DNA from: Octopus sinensis
Lineage: Eukaryota
NCBI RefSeq assembly: GCF_006345805.1
Contig: NC_043011.1
Location: 4,092,001 to 4,156,000 of the forward strand
Reading direction: 5' to 3'
Length of the DNA stretch: 64,000 nucleotides
Shown here: one piece after another, positions 10,888 through 23,611 of the stretch
Layout: each line of letters begins with the position of its first letter
Numbering within the stretch: position 1 is the stretch's first letter
Translations under genes and position numbers: made by a program
The notes under the pieces: generated by a model
What the model was told of the DNA's origin: nothing
The model's database searches: none
The model's input: the letters and a program-made list of their open reading frames with translations, nothing else

Positions 10888-11082
10888 ACTTGTTTCAGTC
10901 ATTTGACTGCGGCCATGCTGGAGCACCGCCTTTAGTCGAGCAACTTGACCCCCAGACTTATTCTTTTGTAAGCCCAGTACTTATTCTATCGGTCTCTTTT
11001 GCCGAACCGCTAAGTAACGGGGACATGAACACACCAGCATCGGTTGTCAAGCAATGCTAGAGGGACAAACACAGACACACAA

Positions 11083-11147
<65 letters not shown>

Positions 11148-11320
11148 CGTATATACGACGGGCTTCTTTCAGTTTCCGTCTACCAAATCCACTCACAGGG
11201 CATTAGTCGGTCTGGTGCTATAGCAGAAGACACTTGCCCAAGGTGCCATGCAGTGGGACTGAACCCGGAACCATGTGGTTGGTTAGCAAGCTTCTTACCA
11301 CACAGCCACTCCTGCGCCTA
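10883..11320 (-). mobile_element. SINE family A
   Basis: Reverse-complement homology to 5091-5499; (CA)n(TA)n linker. Confidence 0.9.
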
Positions 11321-12424
11321 TATATATATATATGACTATAATCTCAAAGCACAGTATATTGCCGAAGGTCTTGGTCATCTGTCACTGCCTCTGTGAGGCC
11401 CAATGTTTGAATGGTGCTCTTTATGTGCCAGTTACCTGACACTAGCATCAGCCATGACTACAATTTCCCTTGGCGTGAGAGGTCTTCTCAAGCTCAGCAT
11501 ATCACCCAATGTTCAAAGTGTGGTATTTACAGGCCAGTCACGTGACACTGGCATTGGCCACAACTATGATCTCACTTAGCTTGGCAGGTCTTCTCAAGCA
11601 CACAATAATGCTAAAAGTATTGGTCACTTGTTATTGCCTCCAGGAGTCTCAACATTCAACATTTCAGTTGAAGCTGCAACTGAAAAACTCTCTGATGGAT
11701 TCACTGGTGTCTGTATTCCAGCTAAGGTGTTCAACAAGGAAATAGATATAAAGTTATATCGTTTTATTGATCCAAACAAATTTTTCATTTCTAAAATTCT
11801 TCTTCGACTGCCAACTGTAGATATTCTTAACATTCTCTGATATTTACAGTGGTAAATATTGCAACACTGCCAAATTAAAACAAACATTAGACAAAGGAAA
11901 GTAAATAGAACTGGTCAGGAATGGTAATGATTCTGTATGTTGAAATATTTTTCTTATCTTCTTATTTTACATTGCAAACTATACTTTTATTTGGTTTTCT
12001 CTTTAAATCACTCCATTTAACACATGCCAGTCTGGTAAAAGGATTATATATAAAAAAAAACCCAATGATGAAGAAGGTGATGTTAATGATGATGATAAGT
12101 CAATTTTTGATTTCTTATGATTTTGCTGAATGCATTACTAAAGTGGATAGTGTGTGGAATATTGATCAGAAGTGTCGGCATTGAGTGGTGGTCAAGTGAG
12201 GTAGCACTGTTGAAGCTAAGTTTGAACAAGAGAGCATAGAATTTGAGAGATATTTCAGTATTGGAGAGAAGCTGTGCTGGATTTTGCCCTGGTTATTTAC
12301 ATTAAAAGGCTGAGATATCAGATCAACACCTGGGTAGGATTTTCAACTTTATGGAAATGACAATAACTATTCCAACTCTAAATCACCTCCTTGGACCACA
12401 GTGGTTAATATTTAAATAAATATA

Positions 12425-12565
12425 GGAAAACTTGCTTCCCAACCACATGGTTCTGGGTTCAATCCCACTGCATGACACCTTAGGCAAGTGTCTTCTACTA
12501 CAGCCTTGGGTTGACCAAAGTCTTGTGAGTAAATGTTGTAGACAGAAACTGAAAGTAGCCTGCTG

Positions 12566-12598
<33 letters not shown>

Positions 12599-12800
12599 TT
12601 GTCCCCCACCACCACTTGACAACTGGTGTTGGTGTGTTTATGTCCTCATAGCTAAGAGGTTCAGCAAAAGAGACAATAGAATAAGAACTAGGATAAAAAT
12701 TTTAAAAAAAAGTACTGGCATTGATTTGTTTGACTAAAGGTTCTTCAAGGTGGTGCCTCATCATGGCTGCAGAACAAGTAAAAAGCAGAAGATAAAAGAC
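12425..12800 (+). mobile_element. SINE family A, diverged
   Basis: Homology to 5091-5499. Confidence 0.75.
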
Positions 12801-13410
12801 AACCCAAGCCGACAGCAATCCTTATGTTTTTCAGTGTTGTTAGCTCTCATCAGTTCTCCTCCAGTAAACCTTATGTTTCTGTATTTCTGAGGGAGCTTCT
12901 ATGCTCAATCTGCTACAAATAGCAAATCACAACCTAATATCTTAAAGAAGAAGTAAGGACATTTTGGATTATGTAACTCTTGCTATGTTCTGTCTGTATG
13001 AGAAAACTCAGATGGTCTTAAGTGGAACATCTTTGACCATAGGTCTGCTCAGTGGAATATGACTTGGAGGCTAAACAGTTACTTCAAAAGCAAAATATAT
13101 CTTTATTATTTATGGGACTTTTTTTTAAACTCTCCTTGAGATTAAAAACGATTCTCTCTTCAATGCTGAAAGATAATTCAAAACTGTCTCTGTGCCTGTG
13201 GACAAAAGGCGTTTTGAATAATAAGGATTGTTATGAAAATGAGAAAGGGAAGAAAAGAAACAAAAGTAAAAGGAATATACGTGTTTTTAAAGAATTTTTT
13301 TCTGTTTTGAAGAATGGAAACAGTGACTTTCAGTGCTTAAAAACTTCCTTATCGTGTATTACTTTGCTATAACGAAAATCTTTTCTTCGTAATTTTTTTT
13401 TTCTAAAGAA

Positions 13411-13797
13411 GTGAGGAGTGGCTGTGTAGTAAGTAGCTTGCTTACGAACCACATGGTTCCGGGTTCAGTCCCACTACGTGGCACCTCGGGCAAGTGTCAT
13501 CTACTATAGCCTCGGGCCGACCAAAGCCTTGTGAGTGGATTTGGTAGACGGAAACTGAAAGAAGCCCGTCGTATATATGTATATATATATGTAAGTGTGT
13601 GTGTTTGTGTGTCTGTGTTTGTCCTCCCATGCTGGTGTGTTTACGTCCCCGTTACTTAGCGGTTCAGCAAAAGTGACCGATAGAATAAGTACCGGGCTTA
13701 CAAAGAATAAGTCCTGGGGTCAAGTTGCTTGACTAAAGGCGGTGCTCCAGCATGGTCGCAGTCAAATGACTGAAACAAGTAAAAGAGTAAAGAGTAA
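13411..13797 (+). mobile_element. SINE family A
   Basis: Homology to 5091-5499. Confidence 0.9.
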
Positions 13798-14549
13798 ACA
13801 AAATTATCCAGAACTTAGAAACATACTGTCTGCACACACCGATATCTTCTAATGCAGAGTGATATCTGCTTTATTGTGCTCTCGTCACAAAACTCATGTG
13901 GAAAATATCAACAAATATATAAATAAGTAATTAAAAATAATAAATTATAATTTTCCTTTCTTTACAGTGACACAGTAGGAAACAATAAATTGGAAATTGG
14001 AAAAATAGATGGAAAATAAAAAAATACCATTTTAAATATATATTTTACAACACATTATGTAACATTCTATTACAGCATTAGCAATATTTATCAAGTGATG
14101 ACATAAAATTCTTTTTCAAGTATTGTTTTATGTCCTCATACATATGATATCCAGATAATATTTTCTGCTGAAGTTATGTAAAATTCCTCAAGATTTTGTC
14201 TTTATTCTATATTTTTCACAAAAATATAATTTCTCCAGATTTTTATGGGTTTATTCTTTTTTCACAAAACATGATTTCAGAAGTTTTATGAGGGTTTGTT
14301 GTACAAGGATTGTTTCAATTCTTGTAAATGAAAAATATTCTGATATATGAAGTTGGACAAAACCACTCCTGAGCCAAGATATCCAACTGGTGATGGAGAC
14401 TTGTTTGTAGTGAGCTTAATGCAAGTGATGGAGACTTGTATGTCAGCAATCAGGCAAAACGTAAGATCTAAAGACCAGATACACAGAGATAATTTGCCAA
14501 TTCTCATCTGAGAGTAAACACTCTTAGATGCGCTGGTGCCTGTTCTTAA

Positions 14550-15004
14550 GTAGAGACTTCAAACTTGAAATCTTCAAAGCCACAGTCGAACCAATTCTAC
14601 TATATGGCTCAGAAACCTGGACGTTATCAAAGAAGCCTGAGAGGCGATTGGATGGAACCTACACTCACCTCCTTATGAGAGCTCAAAATCTCTCGTGGAG
14701 GTGCCATCCAACCAAAATGCAAATATATGGGAAACTACCACCTGTGTCATCTCTTGTGAAAGGTAGGAGAGTCCAGTTTGCTGGACATTATTGTAGAGCT
14801 GAAAAAGAGGTAATTTCTACTCTTCTCCTCTGGAAGCCATCTACTCGCAATACCAGAGGGCGCACACTCTCCTACCCTGATGTAATTTCCAGGGATACAG
14901 GCATCCAGCAACAGGACCTCCGTAATGCCATGATGGACCATGAAGTCTGGCGTAGCATGGTAAATTCCATTGTCTCGACCACGGTCGAACAATGATGATG
15001 ATAA
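14550..15004 (+). mobile_element. 5'-truncated RTE-type LINE (second family) with (TGA)n tail
   Basis: ORF 14528-14995 contains LLYGSETW and RRVQFAGH. Tail tgatgatgat. 9-bp TSD tgttcttaa at 14541-14549 and 15005-15013. Confidence 0.9.
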
Positions 15005-15608
15005 TGTTCTTAACAGTTAAGCAAATTGCAGAAGTCCAGACTGAAGTAATCTACCCAGAGAGACAATGACTCATCCGCAAATAGATTTGAACTCTTGACA
15101 TCTCATATAAACTTAATAAAAACTATGCATATATAAAATATATTGCTAATAATTGATGAGCCTTTCATCAAAAATGAAGAGCCTCATTTAAATCGATAAG
15201 AATATTGCAAATGCACTGAAAGAAAGAACAGACACTCTGAGACTTAAATTATGATATCTTGATTTAGAAATAATTTCAAAGTTTCATCAGCGTTTCCCTA
15301 TATTTAATAATTATATGTTATACATCTTTATTGAGACCATGATATTTGTGCATAATTTGATATCTCTGAATATGTGTTGGCCAATTGCTTGATTACATTG
15401 GCCAATTGCTGGATTAAATTTGTCATCAATTAGCATTGGTTAATTGTTGTTTGTTAATTGCCCTGTAATTGAAAATAGGTTTAATCTATAAGTTCATCCG
15501 TAGTTTATATATCTAATGTAAACATCACATAATCACCATATGTTTATATATATAATGTCTATACACACACACATATACTTATAAATATACACATATATGT
15601 ATGTGTGT

Positions 15609-15922
15609 GGAGGCGCAATGGCCCAGTGGTTAGGGCAGTGGACTCACGGTCAGAGGATCGCGGTTTCGATTCCCAGACTGGGCGTTGTATGTGTTTATTG
15701 AGCGAAAACACGCAAAGCTCCACGAGGCTCCGGCAGGGGGTGGTGGCGACCCCTGTTGTACTCTTTCACTCCAACTTTCTCTCTTTCTTCCTGTTTCTTG
15801 AGTAACGCTGCGATGGACTGGCATCCTGTCCATCTGGGGAGAACACATAAACCATAGAAACCGGGAAACTGAGCCCATGGGCCTAGCTGGGCTTGAAAAG
15901 GGCGTATAAATAAATAAATAAA
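15609..15922 (+). mobile_element. tRNA-headed SINE family D, variant 1, with (TAAA)n tail
   Basis: A box tggcccagtgg, B box ggtttcgattcc. The segment gcgatggactggcatcctgtcc resembles the V-SINE central domain as recalled. Confidence 0.8.
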
Positions 15923-15970
15923 TATGTATGTGTATTATGTATGCATGCACATAGCCACTGCTTTTCTGAA

Positions 15971-16008
15971 TGTCCTGAAGAAGGGGTTTTCAACCCGAAA
16001 TATAGAAA
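15971..16008 (+). ncRNA. Degenerate hammerhead-like motif
   Basis: tgtc CTGAAGA a ggg gttttcaa ccc GAAA tatagaaa. GAAATAT could be CpG-decayed GAAACGT; stem I is imperfect. Confidence 0.25.
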
Positions 16009-16149
16009 TACAAAGTAAAACTAGAACTTTGTTCAGTTTTCTTTTCAATTTGTCATTTACTTTGTAGCTTCTTGCATTGTCCTGGCTTTACACAACTGCA
16101 TTCTTTAAATTATACCTCACTGTGCTTCTCAAAAACTATCTCATTTTAA

Positions 16150-16520
16150 TATCATCATCATCATTTAGCGTCCGCTTTCCATGCTAGCATGGGTAGGACA
16201 GTTCAACTGGGGTCTGTGAAGCCAGAAGGCTGCATCAGGCCCAGTCTGATCTGGCAGTGTTTCTATGGCTGGATGCCCTTGTCCTAACACCAACCACTCC
16301 GTGAGTGTAGTGGGTGCTTTTTACGTGCCACCCGCACAGGTGCCAGATGGAGATGGCAAACGGCCATGGTCGGATTGGTGCTATTACGTGCCACCGGCAT
16401 GGGGGCCAGGCGAGGCTGGCAACGGCCACGAATGGATGGTACTACGTGCCACCGGCACGGGGGCCAGGCGAGGCTGGCAACGGACACGAACGGATGGTGT
16501 TTTTACGTGCCACCGACACA
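16150..16520 (-). mobile_element. RTE 3' UTR-derived short element with about four internal tandem units
   Basis: Same homology; repeated tacgtgccaccggcac units. Confidence 0.85.
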
Positions 16521-16610
16521 CATACACACATGCATGCACACACATACATATATGTATATATATATATTTTTATCTAGGTTGAGTCAGTTTGTTACTACTC
16601 GGTCTCTCAC

Positions 16611-16713
16611 CTGTAGATGCACATATTACAGTACCTACTACTACGAGCACAAGTATGGCTAGGACTCTCCTATTTTGGTGTGCCTGGTATAATCTGTTGT
16701 TAACCATGACCAT
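16611..16713 (-). CDS. Candidate first coding exon of a minus-strand gene (signal peptide or signal anchor)
   Basis: MVMVNNRLYQAHQNRRVLAILVLVVVGTVICAST, preceded by an in-frame TGA and followed by a strong phase-1 donor CAG|gtgaga. Basic residues lead into a hydrophobic core. No matching downstream exon identified. Confidence 0.35.
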
Positions 16714-16918
16714 CTGGCCTTTGGATACCTTTCTATGTCACCCAGTCTGAGGATAGTTTCTCCTCTTTCTTTGACCTGGTTTTGAAACCCTCAAAAAAAC
16801 AAAAAAAAAAGATGTCATAAGCATTACATTTTTTTCCCTTGACAGAATCAAATATTTTTTTAGCTCTGCTAAATGTAATGCACACACACACACATGTACA
16901 CACACATGTACACACACA

Positions 16919-16961
<43 letters not shown>

Positions 16962-17040
16962 TTACACACACATAGGCGCAAACACAAGTAGAGTCTTGTG
17001 TTGATATATTTTCGCTTTCCACACTTGAAGTAGCGATCAT

Positions 17041-17452
17041 CTTCTACAACTTAAGTGTCGTATATTTTAAGTAACCACTTGTTATATCCGCTGTTTTCAT
17101 TTTGTTGGATCTGTTACCAGATAAGCTACTTTATCTTAATTGCTCGTTTGTGTTTATCTAGATCTTGTTTTTCACTTACAATCAGGATGGAATACTCTGT
17201 AAACTAACCAATCAGGAGTGTATATGTATGTATTTCTCTAGCAAAGCAGGTACATAAACTTGTCACAGGACATAGATGTGTGCATATATATTTACTCAAC
17301 AACACTTTCTAGACAGCTACAAGTTGGTCTCCGGGTTATAACCCATATCTTCATTGTTATCTTACGATTTAGTCTCTTCAGTTTCTCCCAACATTTTCTT
17401 TTGGAATCTGTTTTCTGACCTATACATTGAAAAAAAATCTCTTTCATTTAAA
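17041..17452. promoter_or_regulatory. Possible divergent promoter and + strand non-coding first exon ending at 17452
   Basis: Unique sequence with several CpGs, a CCAATCAGG motif and a strong donor AAA|gtaagt at 17453. It lies between the minus-strand candidate exon (16713) and the + strand exon (21924). Positional inference only. Confidence 0.25.
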
Positions 17453-17469
17453 GTAAGTCTGTTTGTTTT

Positions 17470-17820
17470 ACCTCTTTCTTCTTCTCCACCTTCTTTCTTT
17501 CTTTCTTTCCTCTCCTTTCTTTCCTTCTTTCTTTCTTTCTTTCTTTCCTCTCCTTTGTTTTGTTGTTTCTTTCCTTCCTCTCCTTTCTTTCTTTCTTTCT
17601 TTTTTCTTTCCTCTCCTTTCTTTCTTTCTTTCTTTCTTTCTTTCCTCTTTCTTTCATTCTTTTTTCTTCCCTCTCCTTTCTTTCTTTCTTTCCTTTCCTC
17701 TCCTTTCTTTCTTTCTTTCCTTTCTTTTTTCTTTCTTTCTTTCTTTCCTCTCCTTTCTTTCATTGTTTCTTTCCTTCCTCTCATTTCTTTCTTTCCTCTC
17801 CTTTCTTTCTTTGTTTCTTT
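17470..17820. repeat. (CTTT)n/(CCT) polypyrimidine low-complexity tract
   Basis: Direct reading. Confidence 0.95.
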
Positions 17821-18123
17821 TGAAAGGCTTGTTATTGTTATTTAACCCTAGGTTAGCCACAACCAGCCTATCTTTATCTATGAGGAGGACTATATCATAT
17901 CATGTGTCTTATTTTTCAAGCTGGTAAACCCTGATTTGACAGGTTTAGCTGATACTTCCTCCAACAAAAGCTCCTTTATTGCCGTTATCATTACTTACAT
18001 GCTCAAACTAGAACTGGAACAAGTGGGAGAAGCACAGGTGTTATTTCATTCAAATTTCTTCCACAGGCTGGTCTGCTATTACTTCATTCTGTGAGCTAGT
18101 AGATCTATGCTTACAGATATTAC

Positions 18124-18855
18124 TCTTTACTCTTTTACTTGTTTCAGTCAGTTGACTGCAGCCATGCTGGAGCACCACCTTTAGTCGAGCAACTCGACCC
18201 CGGGACTTATTCTTTGTAAGCCCAGTACTTATTCTATCGGTCACTTTTTGCCGAACCGCTAAGTGACGGGGACGTAAACACACCAGCATCGGTTGTCAAG
18301 GGGGACAAACACAGACACACAAACATACACGCACATATATATACATATATATATATATACATATATATGACGGGCTTCTTTCAACTTTTATTCCAGCTTT
18401 TATTTCACTATTTTCTCTTCAGGCATAATATATTTTAAACGACATTACTGGAAGAATCTTTGTTTCTCTTTTAGAGGATGGAGTTGATTAGAGAAAGATT
18501 CAGCAATTAAAGTGACCATTTAGGGACTTCGTCTTAAGATGTGTGCCTTAAAACATGGTTTCTTGATTTGGCTGCTACAAAATAAATTAATGATAAATAG
18601 ATCAAAAATAGAAAGATACTAATGGCACAGGAATGGCTGTGTGGTAATATGTTTGCTTCCCAACTACATGGTTCCAGGTTCAATCTCAATGTGTGGCAAC
18701 TTGGGCAAGTGTCTTCTGATATGGCTTTAGGTTGACCAATGCTTTGTGAGTAGATTTAGTAGACAAACTGAAAGAAGCCTCATCATATATATGTGTATTT
18801 GTGTGTGTGTGAGTATATATATATGCAAATATATATATGTGTGTGTGTATGTATG

Positions 18856-18888
<33 letters not shown>

Positions 18889-19130
18889 GTGTGTGCATGT
18901 GTATATGTATGTGTATGTGTGTATATGCATGTGGGCATGTGTGTCTGTGTCTTTGTTTTTGTTTCCTACCATGATTTGACAACTGGTATTGGTTTGTTTA
19001 CATTCTTGTAACTTAGTGGTTCAGTAAAAGAGGCTGATAGAATAAGTACTGGGGTTGATTCATTTGACTAAAACCCTTCAAAGCACTACCCCAGTATGGC
19101 CACAGTTCTGTGAGTGAAACACGCAAAAAA
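18124..19130. mobile_element. Two SINE family A copies (18124-18385 minus, partial; 18625-19130 plus, expanded linker)
   Basis: Homology to 5091-5499. Confidence 0.8.
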
Positions 19131-19517
19131 TAAAAGATGGGTTTTTTAAACGAAAGATTTGGTTTCTAGATAGAATGCCATGTGGGAATCGCGAGTCGTA
19201 GTCTTTGATTATAGAAGACAGTAGTTACCATAAGACTGGTTTTAGTCAATAGACTGCAGTCATGTTGGCGCACAGCCCTTAAGGGGTTTATTGTAACATA
19301 TCATTCACAGTATTTATTTCACTTATTCTGGTACTTATTTTATTGATCTGTAATCATCCGATGTCTAAAATGAATTGTTTGATATGAAGTGAGGCAACTT
19401 GTTGTACACTGGCATACACAGGTACAGACACACACATGTATGTATGCATGAGCATATATATTTGTGTGTCTACATGTATGTGTATATATACGAGTGTGTG
19501 TGTGTGTGTATATACTT

Positions 19518-19937
19518 TGTGGCTGTGTGGTTAGTAGCTTACTAACCAACCACATGGTTCCGGGTTCAGTCCCACTGCATGGCATCTTGGGCAAGTGTCT
19601 TCTGCTATAGCCCCGGGCCGACCAATGCCTTGTGAGTGGATTTTGTAGACGGAAACTGAAAGAAGTCTGTCGTATATATGTATATATATATATATGTGTG
19701 TGTCTGTGTGTGTGTATGTATTTGTGTGTCTGTGTTTGTCCCCCTAGCATTGCTTGACAACCGATGCTGGTGTGTTTACGTCCCCGTCACTTAGCGGTTT
19801 GGCAAAAGAGACCAATAGAATAAGTACTGGGCTTACAAAGAATAAGTCCCGGGGTCGATTTGCTTGACTAAAGGCGGTGCTCCAGCATGGCCGCAGTCAA
19901 ATGACTGAAACATGTAAAAGAGTAAAGAGAGTAAAAG
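19518..19937 (+). mobile_element. SINE family A
   Basis: Homology to 5091-5499. Confidence 0.9.
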
Positions 19938-20439
19938 AGCATTACTTTAGGTCCATGGAGTTTCATGAGCCCCCAAAATTTTTAACTTCTTGCTTATTGG
20001 GAGCCCAGAGCAATCTCTTAGATTGCAGGTGTTTCCAAGCATCAATGGAGGTCTATATCGTGATGATTGTTTACTCTGCCTTCAAAATGTTTCTAACCAA
20101 AAAGTGCAAAAGGTTAAGAATAGTTTACTTAAGTTTTCTGTAGAATGGGCCTAGGCATAATTTTTGATGATGATGTAATGAAAGCCAACCTTTTAGATAT
20201 TACACTTACAGAATAATTTGTACTTCCCGTACCATCGACCAATCTTAAGTATATTAACCAATTCAGTAATCATTCTAGGGCAATCACAAAGTTGTCTGCT
20301 AATATTGACATTTTCAATTACAAGGCCTTACTTAACTCTGCCTTAATTAAAGCAGGTTATACAGATAAAGTTACCTACATTAATTCCATTCAATCTTATT
20401 CTACCTTTGCTAAGGGTCATTGCCTCTGTGAGGCCCAAC

Positions 20440-20735
20440 GTTCAAAGGTCATGCTTGAGCACCTCATTCCATGCCTTCCTGGGTCTACCTCTACCCTGGA
20501 TTCCTTCAACTATTTGGGAGTGGCACTTCTTCACACATCTTTCCTCATCCATCCGTAGTACATGACCATACCAGCACAAACGTCTCTCTTGCACGCCACA
20601 TCTGATGCTTCTTATGTCCAGCATTTCTCTCGGGGCGCTTACACTCTGTCGTGTGTGCACACTGACATTACACATCCAGCGGATCATGCTAGCTTCATTT
20701 CTTTCAAGCCTACACATGTCCTCCGCAGTCACAGC
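20440..20735 (-). mobile_element. Diverged fragment of the same RTE family as 6824-9750
   Basis: WAVTAED...[12 protein letters not shown]...[11 protein letters not shown]...GRGRPRK matches the C-terminus of the 7435-9300 ORF. Confidence 0.85.
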
Positions 20736-20739
20736 CCAT

Positions 20740-20740
20740 G

Positions 20741-20775
<35 letters not shown>

Positions 20776-20782
20776 TATATAC

Positions 20783-20819
<37 letters not shown>

Positions 20820-20983
20820 AAGAGAGAGACATGTATATGTTTATATATATAGACATGTATATGTTTATATATATAGACATACATATATATATATATATAT
20901 ACACATGTATATATATATATGTGTATATACATGTATATATATGTATATATATATGTGTATATACATGTATATATATGTATATA

Positions 20984-21075
<92 letters not shown>

Positions 21076-21109
21076 TATATATATGCATATATATATATAT
21101 ATATGTGTG

Positions 21110-21166
<57 letters not shown>

Positions 21167-21220
21167 TATGCATATATATGTATATATATATATATATATA
21201 TATACAAATATATATATATG
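20740..21220. repeat. Complex (TA)n-rich microsatellite, about 480 bp
   Basis: Direct reading; source of many spurious YI-repeat ORFs. Confidence 0.97.
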
Positions 21221-21923
21221 CATTACATATGTTGTTGGCCAAATTTTCTACAGTTCTGGTTGTGACTTTTTGAAGAAACCACTCTTTCAAATATTACTCT
21301 TAGTTCTGTAATTTCTTGTTGAGTATTCATAGTAAACTGTACCTCCAAACTGTACCATCTCTTGCATGTTGCCCTTCAAAGAGATATACATGACAGTTTT
21401 TGCACCGGAAATAATGTTTGAAACCACAGCTATTGTTTCACTGTATCCCTTTGATTCCTGAAACATACACCAATCGGAACCTGTCATATTTGGTTGAATT
21501 CTTTCCCCCTTGAGAACCTATCGAAAAAGCTTGTACTGTGATAAGAGAAATTGTAGAAGCAAAATTGTTAAATTGGATGATGGCTTTTTATGTATCATTT
21601 TCTGTTTCATAAATGTAGTTTATTCTGTACTTGAGGGTTTCCCATCAGTAATTTGGTAGCTGTCACTTTTTATCAATATTTTCCTTATGCTTTATCTTTC
21701 AGTTTGTCTTAAACTAACCACTTGTTCTGTTCTGTTATTATGTCTTTATTTCATGAATTTCCCATTCTATAATATAAAAGTATTTTGATTTCCTGAAAGT
21801 TATACTTATGAGAGCTTCATAGTAACAAATCATTAATTAGCCCCTATGTTTCCCTACCACCAATCACCATACCTCCATAAAATTCTATACTTACTTTTCT
21901 TTCATTTTTCTTTGTATTTTCAG

Positions 21924-22097
21924 GTTCTCTAACTTGGAAACTGAAGACTTGGTGGAACAGCCCCCCTCTCTTAAAATTATGTCACCCTCTGGGATAGATA
22001 AAAAGCGTATATTCCGTGACATAATACTCTGTATAATCTTCTTAATCTGTGGCATTTTAATCGGATGGTTTTCAAAGAGTACACACCATGAGAAAAA
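21924..22097 (+). CDS. Exon encoding cytoplasmic tail plus type II signal-anchor; resembles N-terminus of M28B peptidase (glutamate carboxypeptidase II / NAALADase-like)
   Basis: Strong acceptor (ttcatttttctttgtattttcag) and donor (AA|gtgagt). The 174-nt exon is open in one frame: FSNLETEDLVEQPPSLKIMSPSGIDKKRIFRDIILCIIFLICGILIGWFSKSTHHEK, with ATG at 21979. The hydrophobic stretch ends GILIGWFSK, similar to GFLFGWFIK of human GCPII (recalled). No downstream catalytic exons found, so the family call is tentative. Confidence 0.55.
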
Positions 22098-22294
22098 GTG
22101 AGTCCATTTATGTCATCCTTTTGTCTCCTATCCTCTCCTTTCCTTTCCTCTCCTTTCTTTCTTTCTTCTCCTTTCTTTCTTTCTTTTCTCTCCTTTCTTT
22201 CTTTCTTTCAGTCTATCTGTCTATGTCTGTCTGGCTGACTGTTCTCTGTTCTTTGCATATTTCAGTCCTTCAAATCTAAAGAGATATGTATATG

Positions 22295-22349
<55 letters not shown>

Positions 22350-22804
22350 GTAATGGTAAAAGGGCTGGAGGGCAGTGAGAATAATGAAATTGGTAGCTGT
22401 GATAATGAAAGGTTGGTGATAATAGTGGTAGCAGTGGCAGTACTGGTAATATTGCGGTTAAATTTTGAGAAATATGAACAAAATCAGTAACAATAAAAAA
22501 GAAGAAGACGTAACAGAGCCGCATCACAGATAAGTTTCCATTTCCATTGAGCTCGACTCAACCAGGGTCCATATGGCCCCTGAGGGATCAATTTGAGATT
22601 TTTGGTGGATCTACATAACAAAATAGTAAATTGGGGATCCACAGTGATATTTTAAATGACCACTGAAAAAATTTTGCTTTAGATGTGTGTATTGCAAGAA
22701 AGAGTTTCTTTCTCTAACATTTTACATGGTTCAACCTAAACAAGTGAATGCATGAACAACAAAATAAGAATTTTGAAAGAAGGCTCTATAAAACTAGTTT
22801 TTAA

Positions 22805-23025
22805 CCCTTTAGCATTTAAACTGGCCATATCCGGCCAAGGGTATTCTGCCTGTTTTATGGTCAAACTGACCAGATCTGGTCTCTCACACCAACCCTACAA
22901 TATCGTTTTAAAAATTAACAGCTACCTCATCAAAATCTCATAGCTACAAGATAATGCATGATTAGTTCAAAACAAAGTGGATGAGAAAGGATTAATTTTG
23001 GCAGAATGATGCGAACACTAAAGGG
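22805..23025. mobile_element. piggyBac-like MITE, followed by a second related copy starting at 23030 that shares one TTAA
   Basis: TTAA|ccctttag...ctaaaggg|TTAA|ccctttt. The second copy is interrupted by a SINE at 23223. Confidence 0.8.
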
Positions 23026-23222
23026 TTAACCCTTTTGTATTCAAACCGGCCATATCAGGTTCAGGTTCAAATATTCTACCTGTTTTATGTCCAAATCAGC
23101 TGGATCTGGACTCTCACACCTATTTTACAGTGTCATTCTAAAAATAATCAATCATATCGTCAACATTTCAAAGCTATGAGATAATGCATGATGAATTCCA
23201 AACAATGTGAATACATAAGCAA

Positions 23223-23611
23223 TAGGCGCAGGAGTGGCTGTGTGGTAAGTAGCTTGCTAACCAACCACATGGTTCCGGGTTCAGTCCCACTGCGTGGCAT
23301 CTTGGGCAAGTGTCTTCTGCTATAGCCCTGGGCCGACCAATGCCTTGTGAGTGGATTTGGTAGACGGAAACTGATATATATATATGTGTGTGCGTGTGTG
23401 TGTTTGTGTGTCGGTGTTTGTCCCCCTAGCATTGCTTGACAACCGATGCTGGTGTGTTTACGTCCCCGTCCATTAGCGGTTCGGCAAAAGAGACCGATAG
23501 AATAAGTACTGGGCTTACAAAGAATAAGTCCCGGGGTCGATTTGCTCGACTAAAGGTGGTGCTCCAGCATGGCCGCAGTCAAATGACTGAAACAAGTAAA
23601 AGAATAAAAGA
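23223..23611 (+). mobile_element. SINE family A inserted into a piggyBac-like MITE
   Basis: Homology to 5091-5499; MITE sequence on both sides. Confidence 0.9.

Noticed and set aside
11624-11887. ORFs open on both strands, with a good minus-strand acceptor near 11870
   Set aside because: No recognisable homology, no donor before a repeat, and phase does not fit the 16611 exon. Unresolved rather than disproved.
15609-15680. tRNA gene
   Set aside because: A and B boxes are present, but the sequence runs into a SINE body; the same applies to all SINE heads here.
16300-16520. CRISPR-like pattern (conserved ~25-bp motif with ~30-bp intervals)
   Set aside because: The intervals are homologous to each other, the array is part of a LINE 3' UTR, the context is eukaryotic and there are no cas genes.
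17354-17927. Lys/Glu/Arg-rich and Phe/Leu/Ser-rich ORFs
   Set aside because: Translations of a (CTTT)n tract.
20605-21311. Long YI/IY-rich ORFs (also 9481-10185, 62505-63011 and others)
   Set aside because: Translations of (TA)n/(CA)n microsatellites.
22265-22300. Strong acceptor giving NPSNLKRY as a possible next exon of the 21924 gene
   Set aside because: Runs into (AG)n with only a weak donor, and is too short to support.
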